From positions 125,490,001 through 125,554,000 of the forward strand of contig NW_024704742.1 in the NCBI RefSeq assembly GCF_018977255.1: a DNA stretch of 64,000 nucleotides. Reading direction: 5' to 3'. This DNA is from Callorhinchus milii (Eukaryota). The position numbers and the translations under genes were made by a program. Numbering within the stretch: position 1 is the stretch's first letter; every line of letters begins with the position of its first letter. Under the pieces are notes generated by a model. That model saw only the letters and a program-made list of their open reading frames with translations. It was not told the origin of the DNA and did no database searches. Below, one piece after another: positions 26,701-39,066 of the stretch.

Positions 26701-26972
26701 AGCCTTTTCAAACTGAGTTGAGGAAACATTTCTTCACTCAGAAGGTAGTGAATTTGTGGAATTCTCTTCCCCAGAAGGCTGTGGATGCTCAGTCCTTGAA
26801 CATATTCAAGGCTGAGGTTGATAGATTTCTAAAGGATAGAGGGATTAAGGGATGTGGGGATAGGGCAGGTAAATGGACTTAGGTTAGAAGATCAGCCATG
26901 ATCTTATTAAATGGTGGGGCAGGCTCGAGGGGCCGAATGGTCTACTCCTGCTCCTACGACTTATGATCTTAT
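23785..26972 (+). mobile_element. Degenerate CR1-clade LINE: end of ORF1, near-complete ORF2 (APE endonuclease + RT), 3' tail
   Basis: GEIGKALN* (ORF1 end), LYLNARSI..VAITET (APE), KSPGPDG.HPRVLKE, GFTKGKSC.TNL and LVRPHLEYCVQF. Tail gggccgaatgg..cttatgatcttatg. Many stops and frameshifts. Confidence 0.93.
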
Positions 26973-27077
26973 GGTCTCTCTCTGTGTCTGTCTGTGTGTG
27001 GTCTCTCTTTGGGTCTGGTCCCCACACCCCAAATGGGCCACCCAGTTTTTGTTAAAGAAGAAATCAATATTTTTTTG

Positions 27078-27525
27078 CAACAACAACAACAAGATTCCAT
27101 TTATAGAGCGCCTTTCACGTCGGGAGGACGTCCCAATGTGCTGAACAGTTGGGTCAGGACCCGAGCAGGGGAGAAATGGTCAGGGTGAGGGGAGGGAAGG
27201 GAGCGAGGAGTGGGTAGAGAGTCGAGAGGGGAGGTGAAGGCACGGTCAAAGAGAAAGGTCTTGAGACCGGCCATGAAGGAGGAAAGGGAGGAGGCAAGGC
27301 GAAGGCACTGGGGGACAGAGTTCCAGAGCCTCGGGGCTGAGAGGCTGAAGGCCCGCCCACCGATGGTAGGGCGGTTAGGGCGGCGGGGGATGTGGAGCAG
27401 ATCGGAGCCAGAGGAACGGAGGGTACGGGCAGGTAGGTAGGTAGGGGGATAGTAGGTCAGAGAGGTAGGAGGGAGCAAGGCCGTGAATGGCCTTGTAGAT
27501 GAGGATGAGGATCTTGAATTCGATA
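27078..27525 (-). mobile_element. L2 LINE 3' end, close inverted match to 19660-20104
   Basis: PARTLRSSGS..RAFSLSAPRLWNS on the minus strand; (caa)n tail on +. Confidence 0.92.
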
Positions 27526-28055
27526 CAATGTAATATGTGTAATTACGTCAAGTTTACTTTTTATCAATAAAGTGAAAACATGTAGGTTGGTAGTAAAATG
27601 TACCTCTGTGCCTCAATGGCACCAATCACCACCTCCCACCACAAAATGTTCTAATTTACCCGCAATTTGGGGCAAAATATATCTGCATTTTTCTATTGGC
27701 CCAATTCATAGGTAGCTCATTCCTCTTATACTGGGGATCATTCTGGTTGCTCTACTCTGCACTGCCTCTAGGGCCGCTATGTCAGGGCCACGAGAACTGT
27801 TTGCAGTCCATTACTTTGCTTTATTGAGGTTTGTCCTCACAAAGCGATAAGGGAGGAGGAATTGAGAGACATCTCCTCAGAGAGGTCCATCACTGTCATC
27901 AACCTATTGATCTCCAGTTCACTCTGATTTTTTGGGAGGTTGCACTTTGGCTCACGTGAGTGACTCAGTTGCGCAGAACTAGGAAGAAATCTGGCAATTG
28001 CTGGAAATCTGAAATAACCAGAACGTGCTGGAAATACACCACAGGCCAACACATT

Positions 28056-28306
28056 GAAAGTGAAAACATGATGATCTGATGGAAGTTCACATAAGGGTCA
28101 TCCCTGAAACTTGAACCGAATTTTCTCTTTGAAATCCCGAACGCTTCCCACAACCCCCACCCCCACCGCCTTTCAGAATAAGATACAATGCAGATAACAT
28201 TTTTATTTTTTGATTGCGGGGGGGGGGGGTGGGGGGGTTGGTTGCCGGTGGAGGAAATAAGCTCTTTGGATACGGTTTCGAAAGCGTAACACTGGAAAGC
28301 GAAAGT
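28056..28306 (+). promoter_or_regulatory. Two IRF-E/ISRE-like motifs
   Basis: GAAAGTGAAAAC at 28056..28067 and GGAAAGCGAAAGT at 28294..28306 match GAAANNGAAA. Confidence 0.6.
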
Positions 28307-28489
28307 AAACGTTCAGGTTCCCCCTCCCCCACCACATCTCCCCACCCAACACACACACAACCCCACCACACATACACCCCCCCACCACCAACACACACAC
28401 ACACACACACACAAAAGGCTCAGGTCTGTTCATTTCTTCTCCCTCTCCCTCTGCGCGCAGCCTAACGTGGCGCAGGAAGGCTGGTGATC

Positions 28490-28565
28490 GACGGGCGGGT
28501 TTGCCAATCACAAGTGAGAATTCGGGGGCGGGGTTAACCGGGGGAGCCGGGCCAGCCAATTGGAG
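28490..28565 (+). promoter_or_regulatory. Core promoter of the DTX3L-like gene (GC boxes and CCAAT boxes)
   Basis: GGGCGG at 28493, CCAAT at 28504, GGGGCGGGG at 28525 and CCAAT at 28556, in a locally CpG-rich patch ~115-185 bp upstream of the ATG. Confidence 0.7.
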
Positions 28566-28675
28566 GAGAGAGGCGCTGTCAGGTTTGGTTGGAGTGCAGG
28601 CGCTCTGGTGGCAGTAGCACTGTCAGCAGTGAGTGGCTACTTTCTCTCCCTCAGCCTCTGCTCACACAGCTCAAC

Positions 28676-28681
28676 ATGGAG
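28676..28681 (+). CDS. DTX3L: DTX3L-like E3 ubiquitin ligase, coding part of exon 1 (Met-Glu)
   Basis: tcaacATGGAG|gtaggt gives a strong Kozak context (A at -3, G at +4) and a GT donor just downstream of a GC/CCAAT promoter. Phase 0 matches the acceptor at 32654. Confidence 0.7.
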
Positions 28682-29696
28682 GTAGGTATTATTGTTGGCT
28701 CTTTGCTCCTGTTTTGTTTCTTTTTTTTGAAAAAAAATTGCAATGACTCTGAAGCAGATGCAATGCAATGGTTGTAGCCTTAACCTCCTCCTTAACCCCC
28801 CCCTCCCCACTATGATTGGGGGCTCAGTAACTACTGGAGTGCATCAGTCTGTTTTATTACCCCATCTTTTATTGTCTGTGTGTGTGTGTCTCCCCCTCCT
28901 CTGAAGCCAGTTATTTCTGGCCTTGTTGACTTCCCAACCAGATCCTATCTGAACCTCCCCTCCCCCACAAATGCAGCTTTAAACAACTTCCTAGGTCAGT
29001 TGTCTGTGTGCTTTTTTTAAAAAAAAAGCAAAAAAAAATTAAAAAATCAATAGCCTAAAACAAGCAGCACAGACCCTGTGCCAATGTTGTTTTGTTAACC
29101 TATGACCGGCTCTTGGGTTTGAGCTGCAAAGCCTGTTTGCACCTGGTTCCTTGGAGCTGCCCGGGGAGGTGTGACCTGGGCTGGCTGGAGGATCTGGCTG
29201 TTTTCAAAGCAAATCATGAGCAGTTTTTCTTTTTTGTGCGTGTTGCATTTTTGACATGGCAATAAGGCTTCTCAAGCAGTATTTCGGTCCGTGTAATACC
29301 TCGTCTGACTGGCAATGGAGCTCCCTGTTGCCATGCATTTTGTTTTTACAATGTGCCCACTCTCTGTAATCACTTAGGAATTTAGAGGTTGCTAAACGAA
29401 ATAAAGACCAAGCTCCATCTAGTTTCGCTTCTACCAACCTGCATGCTACCATAATAGAGAGGTTGGTAGTAATTAATTCTGTATGGATTAGTCTACAACA
29501 GACTGGAAAGCTTTACGTACTTAAGATCCAAAGTTGCCTGGTTCTTCTAAGCATACTACACTTACTATGTGTCGCGTCTCAAATTACTTGTATATTGTTA
29601 TATACAAATATATTATTTTCAAAAATAAATCTTATCTAATTTGAATGAATGAACACTTTCTGCTTGCACCACTTGTTGGGTTTACAATTGTCTTGA

Positions 29697-31160
29697 TATC
29701 ATAGAATTATAAAGCACAGAAGGAGGTACCCAAATCAATTCCACTTCCCCGCGCTCTCTTCATAGCCCTGCAAACTTGTCCTCCCCAAATAATTATCTAC
29801 TTCACTCTTAAAACCACCCTTTCAAGCAATGCATTTCAGATCCGAACACTCGCTGTGTGAAAAAAATTCTCCTCACCTCCCCTCTAGTTCTTTTAACAAC
29901 TATTTTAAGTCGGTGTCCTTGGATTACCGACCCACCCGCCAGTGGAAATAGTTTCTCCTTGTTCATCCTATCGAATCCCCTCATAATTTTGAAAAGTTCT
30001 ATTAAGTCTTGTCTTAACCTTCTCTGCTCCAAGGAGAATAATCCTAGCTTCTCTCGCCTCTTCTGATAACTGAAGTCCCTCATTCCTGGAACATCCTGGT
30101 AAATCTCCTTTGCACTCTCTCCATTGCCTTGACATCCTTCCTAAAGTCCGGTGCCCAGAACTGAACACAGTACTTTAGCTGAGGCCTCACAAGTATTTTA
30201 TAAAGTTTCATCATAACTTCCTGACTTTTGTATTCTATGCCCCTATTAATAAAGGCTAGTATCCCATATCCCATGGAGTCCTGTAGCTCAGTGGTTAGAG
30301 CACTCACTTTGCAAGTGAGAGACCTGGGTTCAATTCCAGGCAGAGGGCGAAACCTTGGGCAAGTTTCCTTACTCCACACGCCTAATAATAATCCCTCCAA
30401 CAAACAAAACAGTAATAAATTGGTCATTTTCAATCCATGATTGTTTGTGGGACATTGCTGTGCGCAATTGCCTGCCCACAAATATACAGTCAATTCACTT
30501 TATAGTCTATTCTGTAAAGTGCTTTGGACGTCTAGAAGACGTGAAAAGCGCTATATCAAATGCAAGGATTATTATTATTATATGCTTTTTTAACAGCAGT
30601 ATCTTCATGTCCTTCCACGTTTAAAGATTTACTTGTATGAACCCTCGGGTCTCTCTGTTCCTTCACTCCCTTTAAGATTGTACCATCAGCTTATATTGCC
30701 TCTCATTCATCCTTCCAAAATGTATCACTTTGCATTTCTCCACATTAAACTTCACTTGCCATGTGTCTGCCCATTTTATCAGTCTATCTATGTCCCTTGC
30801 AGTCTGCTACTATCCTCCTCACTGTTTACTACTTGCCCTAGCTTAGTATCATCTGCAAACTTGGAAACTGTACTCCCTATACCCAAGTCCAGGTCATTTA
30901 TATAGATCAAAAACAGCAGTGGTCCCAATACTGACCCCTGGGGGACACCACTGCACACTTCCCTCCAGTCAGAAATACAACCGCTCACCCATCACTTTCT
31001 GTCTTCCAGCCAATTCTGTATCCATACTGCCACTGTCCCTTTAATGCTGTGGGCTTATATTTTGCATACAAATCTCTTATGTGGCACTCTATCGAACACC
31101 TTTTGAAAATCCATATAAACTACATCAACTGCACTACCTTCACCTTCACTCTGTTACTTC
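29697..31160 (-). mobile_element. 5'-truncated CR1 LINE in DTX3L-like intron 1, interrupted by a SINE
   Basis: Minus-strand ORFs [43 protein letters not shown] and LGLFSLEQRRLR. Confidence 0.9.
30275..30580 (+). mobile_element. tRNA-Ala SINE inserted into CR1
   Basis: Full head-to-tail match to the 17031 element; CR1 sequence resumes on both sides. Confidence 0.92.
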
Positions 31161-32653
31161 ATCAAAAAAATTGTATAATAGTTATCTAAATCCCTATGAG
31201 GTTCCCGTTTGGCTGTGTTAGTACACAAAAATAGTGCTTCGCCGGATGTAAAGTGAAGTGGCTGTATTTTGTGGCGGAATGTGGCAATCAATTTGCACAT
31301 GGCATTATTCCACAAACCGCCATCAAGTGAATTATTCATTTTATCTGGGCCAGGACACTGGGAGAAACACTCTTTGCTTTTTGAATAGTGTTAGGGGATC
31401 TTCAACATCCACCTGAACAGAGGGGATCTCAGCATAATCCGCCTCATTTGAAGGATGGCATCTCCAACGATGCATCATACCCCCAACAGTGGAGTACATC
31501 CTAGCACTATGTTAGAGTGCAAGTCTGGAGTATGTAATAAATGCAATTAGTTGTTGTCATAGGATTGCAGACTACTCTGTGTATTGTCTGGCTTCTGTGA
31601 AACATTGTGAGTGCAGACACTGGATACAAAATTGCCACTAATTTGATAGTAATTGACAATCTGACTGAGAAGCCTAGTAATTGCTGGTGCAGGAATGGGA
31701 AAAGTCACACTGTTGTATTAGATGTTTTGCAACACTTGTTTGGGGCTACGACAAATAACTGGTGCAGAATAAACTGGAATGCTTTGCTCCATAGATGTGT
31801 AGTTAGTTCAAGGTGCTGTGCCTGACTATCGTAGAAAAATGTTCCATTCTCCTTTTACACCCTCCCCATAAGAAAACTAAAGGTAATTTAGGCACTGATT
31901 TCAACAACATGTGTAACTAGTTAGGTCACCTTGGTTAGTGCAGTAGCTATGGGAACATTTGTTGTACAGCTTTTATATTTTTATTAAATCTTGTGAATGA
32001 TACAGTATTACTGATTTTATTTTAAAGCTTCAGAAAGCCTTAGGATATCATAAGTATTTAAAAATAGCTAAAAGTATTTATTGAATGAATAAAGAATATT
32101 CTCTCAACAACAACCTACACTTACATAGCGCCCTTCATGCAGGGTAACATCTAAGAGCACTCAGGAGAATAATTAATGCATAATAATAATCCTTGCATTT
32201 CACATCGGGCGGTGGGGAGAGATGAAAATGAGGGCTTCGAGGGATGTCCTGTAAAGTGGAGTGACTGTATTTTGTGGACGAATGTGGTAGCCAATTTGCG
32301 CACAGCAGTGTTCTACACACAGCCATGAAGTGATTGGCAACCTAGACGTTCTGCTCAGTCATGAGATCCTGCTTCTAAGTGACTTCAGTTCCTAACGCTC
32401 AGCCTTTGAGGCAGTGCCACTTGGGGGTCCGAGGTCTAAATTATTTTCAAGGTCTCAACAAATCCCAGGTAACGGCGTTAGCCAATTGGACATGGTAGAG
32501 TTCAAAACTTAATCATTTTCGCCACCTTCTGCAAAGGTGGCATGAAAGAGGAGACAAATGAATGCTTAATTCACGGTGTATTAAAGTGCTTATTATGTGA
32601 TAAATATTTGCTTGTGGGAATTTTGTATTCATAAAGATTTTTACTACTTCCAG

Positions 32654-33697
32654 GTATTTCCTAAAGTCAAAGCAGTCATCGACTTGCGCATCTTCAAGGA
32701 CAGACATGAGGCGTACAACATTATTCATTCCAATAAAGCACAGTGCAAGATTGGTGCAAATTGTTATGAAGTCACAGGATCATTTCAAGAAATTGATGAG
32801 ATTCACACAAGATTATTGAAACTCAAAGCAGTTTCTTGCAGTGTAAATCCTTCTGCAGCTCTGAGCGCTCCGAATCACCATGCAGAATTATGCATCGACA
32901 AAATATACTTTGACTACATTTCAGCCATTTGCAGCAACCAGCTACGAAATATAGAGCAGGAATGTAACGTTGCCATTAAAAAGACAGAAATAGCTGGAAC
33001 ATGTAAGATTGAATTTCATTCTGTATCAAAAAGCAAAATGATGTCCAGTGCTGCAAAGGACAGATTTATAACTCTGTATCAACGCGTCGCAACAAATTTT
33101 GACTTAAAGACTATAGAACTTCGTAATTTTAGCAAAGAAACAACAGAGAAGGGGATAAGGGCATTCCTTCAAAAGGAATACCCAAAAGTTGTGGTTGAAT
33201 TTAAGGGTCCAAAACTCACTTTAGCTGGAAGCCCCTCTGAAACAAAGAGAGCTGAGATAGCCCTGCTTTCCAACAAGTGTCAGGGTAATCGTTTGAAGTC
33301 AGCAACGAATGCAGCAGCCTCTAACATGGATATCACAGATTCAAGCACAAAACCACTTTCATCACCAAGTCACCACAAAACCAAATCAATTTCTGCTGCA
33401 GCGAGTAGCAAACTGGACTCAAAAGCTGAAGACAAAACCTGTCCAGTTTGCTTAGATGAAATCAATGAGCGAGAGACCTTAAAAAAATGTAAACATTCAT
33501 TCTGCAGGGAATGTATAAAAGCGGCTTTTAGAGTCAAGTCGGCGTGTCCTATATGCGGAGAAGTGTATGGCGAGTTAATGGGTAATCAACCTCAGGCTGG
33601 GACAATGAAATCCTATACCACAGGCATTCACCTTCCTGGCTATGAAAAGTATGACACCATTGTGATAAATTATGCCATACCAGATGGCATACAACAG
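32654..33697 (+). CDS. DTX3L: DTX3L-like exon 2 (348 codons): KH-like region, C3HC4 RING (33440..33556), start of DTC domain
   Basis: Lies within the 373-aa ORF, with acceptor ttccag|GTATTT and donor CAACAG|gtgagt. RING CPVC..CKHSFCREC..CPIC is followed by the Deltex-type YGELMGNQPQAGTM..LPGYE..IVINYAIPDGIQ. Confidence 0.93.
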
Positions 33698-35197
33698 GTG
33701 AGTAATTCTGCTACCTAGTAGCATCTTGCTGAATTGAAGGTATGGGACTTTTTGGTCAGCCCCCCAAATAGATTTCCTTGATTGAATATTGATTGATGGC
33801 CACACCATAAACATCACCAGTCAGTAGCTACTGGAAACGAAACATTGATTTAAAACAGACTCACTTAAGAACTAGTGAGAATGTTTGACGGCCACTTCAG
33901 GCCCAAGGGCCATGGCTTGAACTAACCACTGGTTAGAACATTGTACTAGTCAATATGCAAAGGGAGTTGTGAAACTTCTCCTGCTTCATAAAATAATTTT
34001 GTTGCATTGCTTGATTCCATTTCATTAGAAGTTTTACAGCTGTTGACTCATTGTATTTGTTGGTGGCACTTTCTCTGTAGCCTTCAATATTACAGGGGAA
34101 GCCTGTTGTAGCCTCTTGTCAGGACTTTGAAGCCAGATAGTTTATACTGATCCTCTTGTACTGGGGGTATGCTCTGGTGGCAGAGGTGTCGTCCTTGGAT
34201 GAGATGTTAACCAAGGTTCTGTTTGCCTGTCAGGTGCATGTTAAAGATCCCATGGCACTTTTTGAAAAGAGAAATGTGTCCTGGCCAACAATCCCCACCC
34301 CCCAATTTGGTTATCCACTTCATGGGGTTTGGTGGGACATGTAATGTGCAAATTGGTTGCTTTGTTTGCCTACCACTGAATGACCAGTTTAATTAAGAGG
34401 ATTGTTGACTAGGTCACCAGGAGAAAGAAAACCTCTTCTCATTTCAGTACGTCATTGATTGCATTCCACCAGTATACACAAAAATCATCCATTCACCCCT
34501 ACTTTTAGCCCATAAAATTCAGTCACTACACTTCACAGTATATCCTATGAAGTGCTTCGAGACATCTTGATGACGTGATAAGGCACTATAGCAAATGCAA
34601 GGATTATTATTGCTGTCTGCTTCCTTAGCAATCAATTGTTGAATCTGCAAATATGTGCAAACTAGATTCCGTCACGTATTTCATTCCTGTAGGGAGTACA
34701 CAGTGGGGAGTATTGGCACATTCAAAACTGTACCAACGATGTGATGTTGAGTGATGATTCATGAGTGCCAGATATCACATGTTTTAACTTTTTTATGTGC
34801 GCACACAACCAAGCCTGCTGTACAAAACAGCAGTTTTGCACAAAAGTAATCTGCTGACTTTACTTTTCGAGATGTGGCGCTACGTAAGGGAAAGTGAGTG
34901 AGCGTATTGGTACGGGAGCTTTATCGCACTGCATGTTGGTGAAATCGATGCTTTGGTTGGTGCAGTTTTTTTTTTGTCTTGTGCTGGGAATTGATTCTGA
35001 AAGATAACGTTTCCGGCACAAGATGGAGTGAGAAGTGTTGGTCTCTCTTATTCGATTCTGGTACAGAGTTTTTTTCAGACTGATGCAGAATTTATTGTCT
35101 GGAACATGTAGTACTGTTATTCGCAGTTCATCTTTTTTTCTCCCCTAAATTGAACACTTGTGTCCTTGGGCAGTCTTGGCATCCTGGCCACAAATGT

Positions 35198-35516
35198 GGA
35201 GTCCTGTAGCTCAGTGGTTAGAGCACTCGCTTTGCAAGCGAGAGACCTGAGTTCAATTCCAGGCAGGGCGAAACCTTGGGCAAGTTTCCTTACTCCACAC
35301 GCCTAATAATAATCCCTCCAAAAACCAAAAACAATAATAAATTGGTCATTTTCAATCTATGACTGTTTGTGGGACACTGCTGTGCGCAATTGGCTGCCGT
35401 GTTTCGCCCACAAATATACAGTCAATTCACTTTACAGCATATTCTGTGACGCGCTTTGAGACATCTAGAAGATGTGAAAAGTGCTATATCAAATGCAAGG
35501 AACATTATTATTATTA
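35198..35516 (+). mobile_element. tRNA-Ala SINE
   Basis: Full-length match to the family. Confidence 0.92.
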
Positions 35517-35659
35517 AATCGGCCAGAAAAATTGATCATTCCCTTCATCCCTGTCTGTGGGACTTGCTGTGGGCAAAATGGCTACTGGGTCTTGCCTAAG
35601 AAAAAATAGTTACTCCACTTGCAAAGCACTTTGAGATGTTTAATGTTAGTGTTCCTCCC

Positions 35660-36178
35660 TCCACAGGCTGCAGATAGATCATCCAGAACTCTGCAGCCTG
35701 TGTCCTCTCCCGCACTAGGCTCCCCGACCCTATCTCCCCCATCCTTGCCATCACACAGAGGATACAGTTTGAGATCCTGGTCCTCACCTTCCAAGCCCTC
35801 CACAGTCTTGCTCCCCCCACCCCCTCTGCCACCGCCTAACCCCCTACCATCCTGCTCGCTCTCTCTGCTCAGCGGGCTCCAGCCTGATTCACGTCCCCTG
35901 CCTCGCTTGCCCCACTATTGGCGGGTGAGCATTTTGCCACTCTACCCCCACCCTCTGGAGCTCCATCCTACAGTCCCTCCGCCTCAACCCTCCTTTGCCA
36001 CCTTCAAGACCCATCTCAAGACCCTCCCCTTAGACTGTGCTTTTGATCTCCCTGTTTTCTCCCTCCACTCACCCCGACCCTCAGCTCGGGTCTGTAACTC
36101 TGTCTGTAACAGCGCCTTGGGACGTCCTCCTGACATGAAAGGTGCTTTACAAATGTAATTTTGTTGTTGTTGTTGTTG
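35660..36178 (+). mobile_element. L2 LINE 3' end in DTX3L-like intron 2
   Basis: FKTHLKT-like remnant; shared 3' stem gggacgtcctcctgacatgaaagg and (ttg)n tail. Confidence 0.82.
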
Positions 36179-36700
36179 TACAGGACAACACCATTATACC
36201 GTGCCTGCTATAACACGGATTATGAAAATCAAAATTGTGCCATACAAATCCTGTTGTTGATAGAAATAGCACCGACTTTCTGATTGCTGCTATCGTCATT
36301 TCCCGTGTGCCATAGTCACCCACTCTGAAGGAAATGCAGTTAATGTCACTTCTTGTGCACTATTTGCAGGATGTTGAACTAGCACATCTTCGTGAAGGAA
36401 GTGACATTAGCTGTGCTTTCTCGACATAATCTACACACACACTTACAACATGCAGGAAGTGATGACACTAGGGACCCAGGAGTTTAATATTTTATTGTGC
36501 CTTTATGATGTGGGCCTTGAGACCTTGGACCCAGAAAATGCTACAAGGAAGTTGTTTAGTAATTTATTTAGGGGGAATTTATTCAGTCATCATATATTGT
36601 TGTAGCTAAGTTTCATTTTAGTCTTGCTTATCTTCATGCTTTTTTATTTTTAAGTTTGTATTGCTAGATTGTTAATGTTGTGTTTTTTTGTATATGGTAG

Positions 36701-36955
<255 letters not shown>

Positions 36956-37983
36956 TGATCCTTTGCTGTATTGCATAGGAAGGTAATTTGCACAATGTGG
37001 CTATTATTTAGGCATCCCGGCACTAATCTTTGCCAGCAACATCTCATGAACAGGAGCAAAATGATTCAACAAATGTCACACCCATTTTGGTCCATTTGGA
37101 TGAGGGAGGAACATCAGTCAGGCTCGTAGGAACCTGCTCATTTAGAATATTTATCATCTACCTGAACAGGCAAATGGGACCTCAGTGCCATTGTCCAATT
37201 GGCAGAATGCTAATACAGTACGATATTCGTGCTGTTATGAAGAAATTGTCAAGTATTACTTATTCTGACCACAAGAGGGCCACCTGCTTCATCAGATCTG
37301 TGACGGAATCACTCACTTCACTTTGGTTGCTTTCAGTCGTATAATAAATCTTTCCCCAAAAATTGGGTATTTTGGAAAATATTGATGTTGGACACGTGAA
37401 ACTTTCTCATGCAATGGTAACCTAGTTCTATTCAGATCATGCCAAATTCTTAATCATAATTTTGATAGGCATTTTCTGTTAATTACCACAAAAAATGTCT
37501 TCAAAGTCAAAGACGGAATTCAGCAATTTACCAATTTCAGGACATTTAGAAAAGCTACCAAAATAGAGTAAATTTAGACCCAAGAACAATTTCTTTCAAT
37601 TTTATTTACAGGCCTTATCTCCTTTACAGGCTGTTCGCATATCTTCCAAACAACAACTTGCATGTACACAGCATCTGTAACACAGGACAGCATCTCCGAC
37701 CATGATTTAACCGTTTTTTTCCCATTTGGTTGCCTTCAATCTCTATGGCATAATCATTCATGGAGGCTTAGGTGATTAGTTTTTACTGAAAGAGTGGTGG
37801 AAATGGATTCAATAACCACTTTCAAAAGGAATTAGACACGTACTTGAAAATAAAAAAAATGCAGTGGTATGGGGAAAGGGGGGAGGGGAGTGGGACTAGT
37901 TGGATAGCTCTTCCAAAGAGCTGGCACAGGCATGATGTACTGAATGGCCTCCTTCTGTGCTGTAATATTCTATGATTATATAA

Positions 37984-38297
37984 TCCTGTAGTTCAGTGGT
38001 TAGAGCACTCGCCTCGCAAATAAGAGACCTGGGTTCGATTCCCGGCAGGGCAAAACCTTGGGTAAGTTTCCTTACTCCACATGCCTGATAATAATCCCTC
38101 AAGAAAAAAAACAATAATAAATTGGTCACTTCAATCCACGACTGTATGTGGGACACTGCTATGCACAATTGGCTGCCGCGTTTCACCAACAAATATACAA
38201 TAATTCACTTTGCAGTATATTCTGTGAAGCACTTTTGAGACGTCTAGAAGACGTGATAAGGCCCTATATCAAATGCAAGGATATGATTATTATTATT
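37984..38297 (+). mobile_element. tRNA-Ala SINE directly after a CR1 3' tail (~37790..37978)
   Basis: tcctgtagttcagtggttagagcactcg head, with family body and tail. Confidence 0.88.
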
Positions 38298-38451
38298 ATC
38301 ATCACAGGGTTATACCTAGCACAACTGGAATGTAAATAATTTAATCTAATCTATAATACGGAATGAACTTTTTGACTCCAGATACTTATTTTTGCATTGT
38401 GGCGAGATGTAAATTTTTCTTTTTAAGAACTATTTCTGCAGGATGAATTAA

Positions 38452-38556
<105 letters not shown>

Positions 38557-39060
38557 AATACTCCAAATATGAACGCTCTTGAGCAACTTAATATGATGAT
38601 TTGTTCTGGGAATTATTGTTGCTCAATTTTCCAGGATGCAGTTAAATTAGAAAATTTACTGCCTGAATATTGTAAATTTGTAAAGTACTTAAATGGATAT
38701 AGTGTTTATCACAATACTGTTATTCATTTATTTGTATGATTGTGTAGCAAATATTTAAAAACCTAAAATGTCTGAAATTCCACCGACGTCTCAAGGTGTC
38801 AGATCAATTTTGCCGTAAAATTTAAGATCGAGCGTGGTTTGTGGAAAAATACTTGAATTCAGTATTCGTTCAGAAACCGTTTTTTCACAGTTCTTAATAA
38901 GAAACTTGGATTCCAAATTGTGATTGAATTGAATCATACACAAGACAGAATTGCATCTAAAATTGATCTCAGACATTCCGATTCTTTGCAGGTGAGTGTT
39001 CAGGTCTACACACAGGCAAGGTTGTACAATAAGTACTGAGATTGATGAGCACCAAAGAGG

Positions 39061-39066
39061 AATAAA
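39061..39066 (+). terminator. Candidate polyadenylation signal of the DTX3L-like gene
   Basis: AATAAA ~500 bp after the stop codon, followed by T/CT-rich sequence. Confidence 0.45.

Noticed and set aside
8000..28000. PARP9 exons expected head-to-head with DTX3L
   Set aside because: No macrodomain or PARP peptide was recognised and the region is largely repeats. Small diverged exons cannot be fully excluded without TBLASTN.
32597..32653. N-terminal 19 aa of the 373-aa ORF (MINICLWEF..)
   Set aside because: The ORF starts at GTG and this part lies upstream of a good splice acceptor, so it is intronic read-through.
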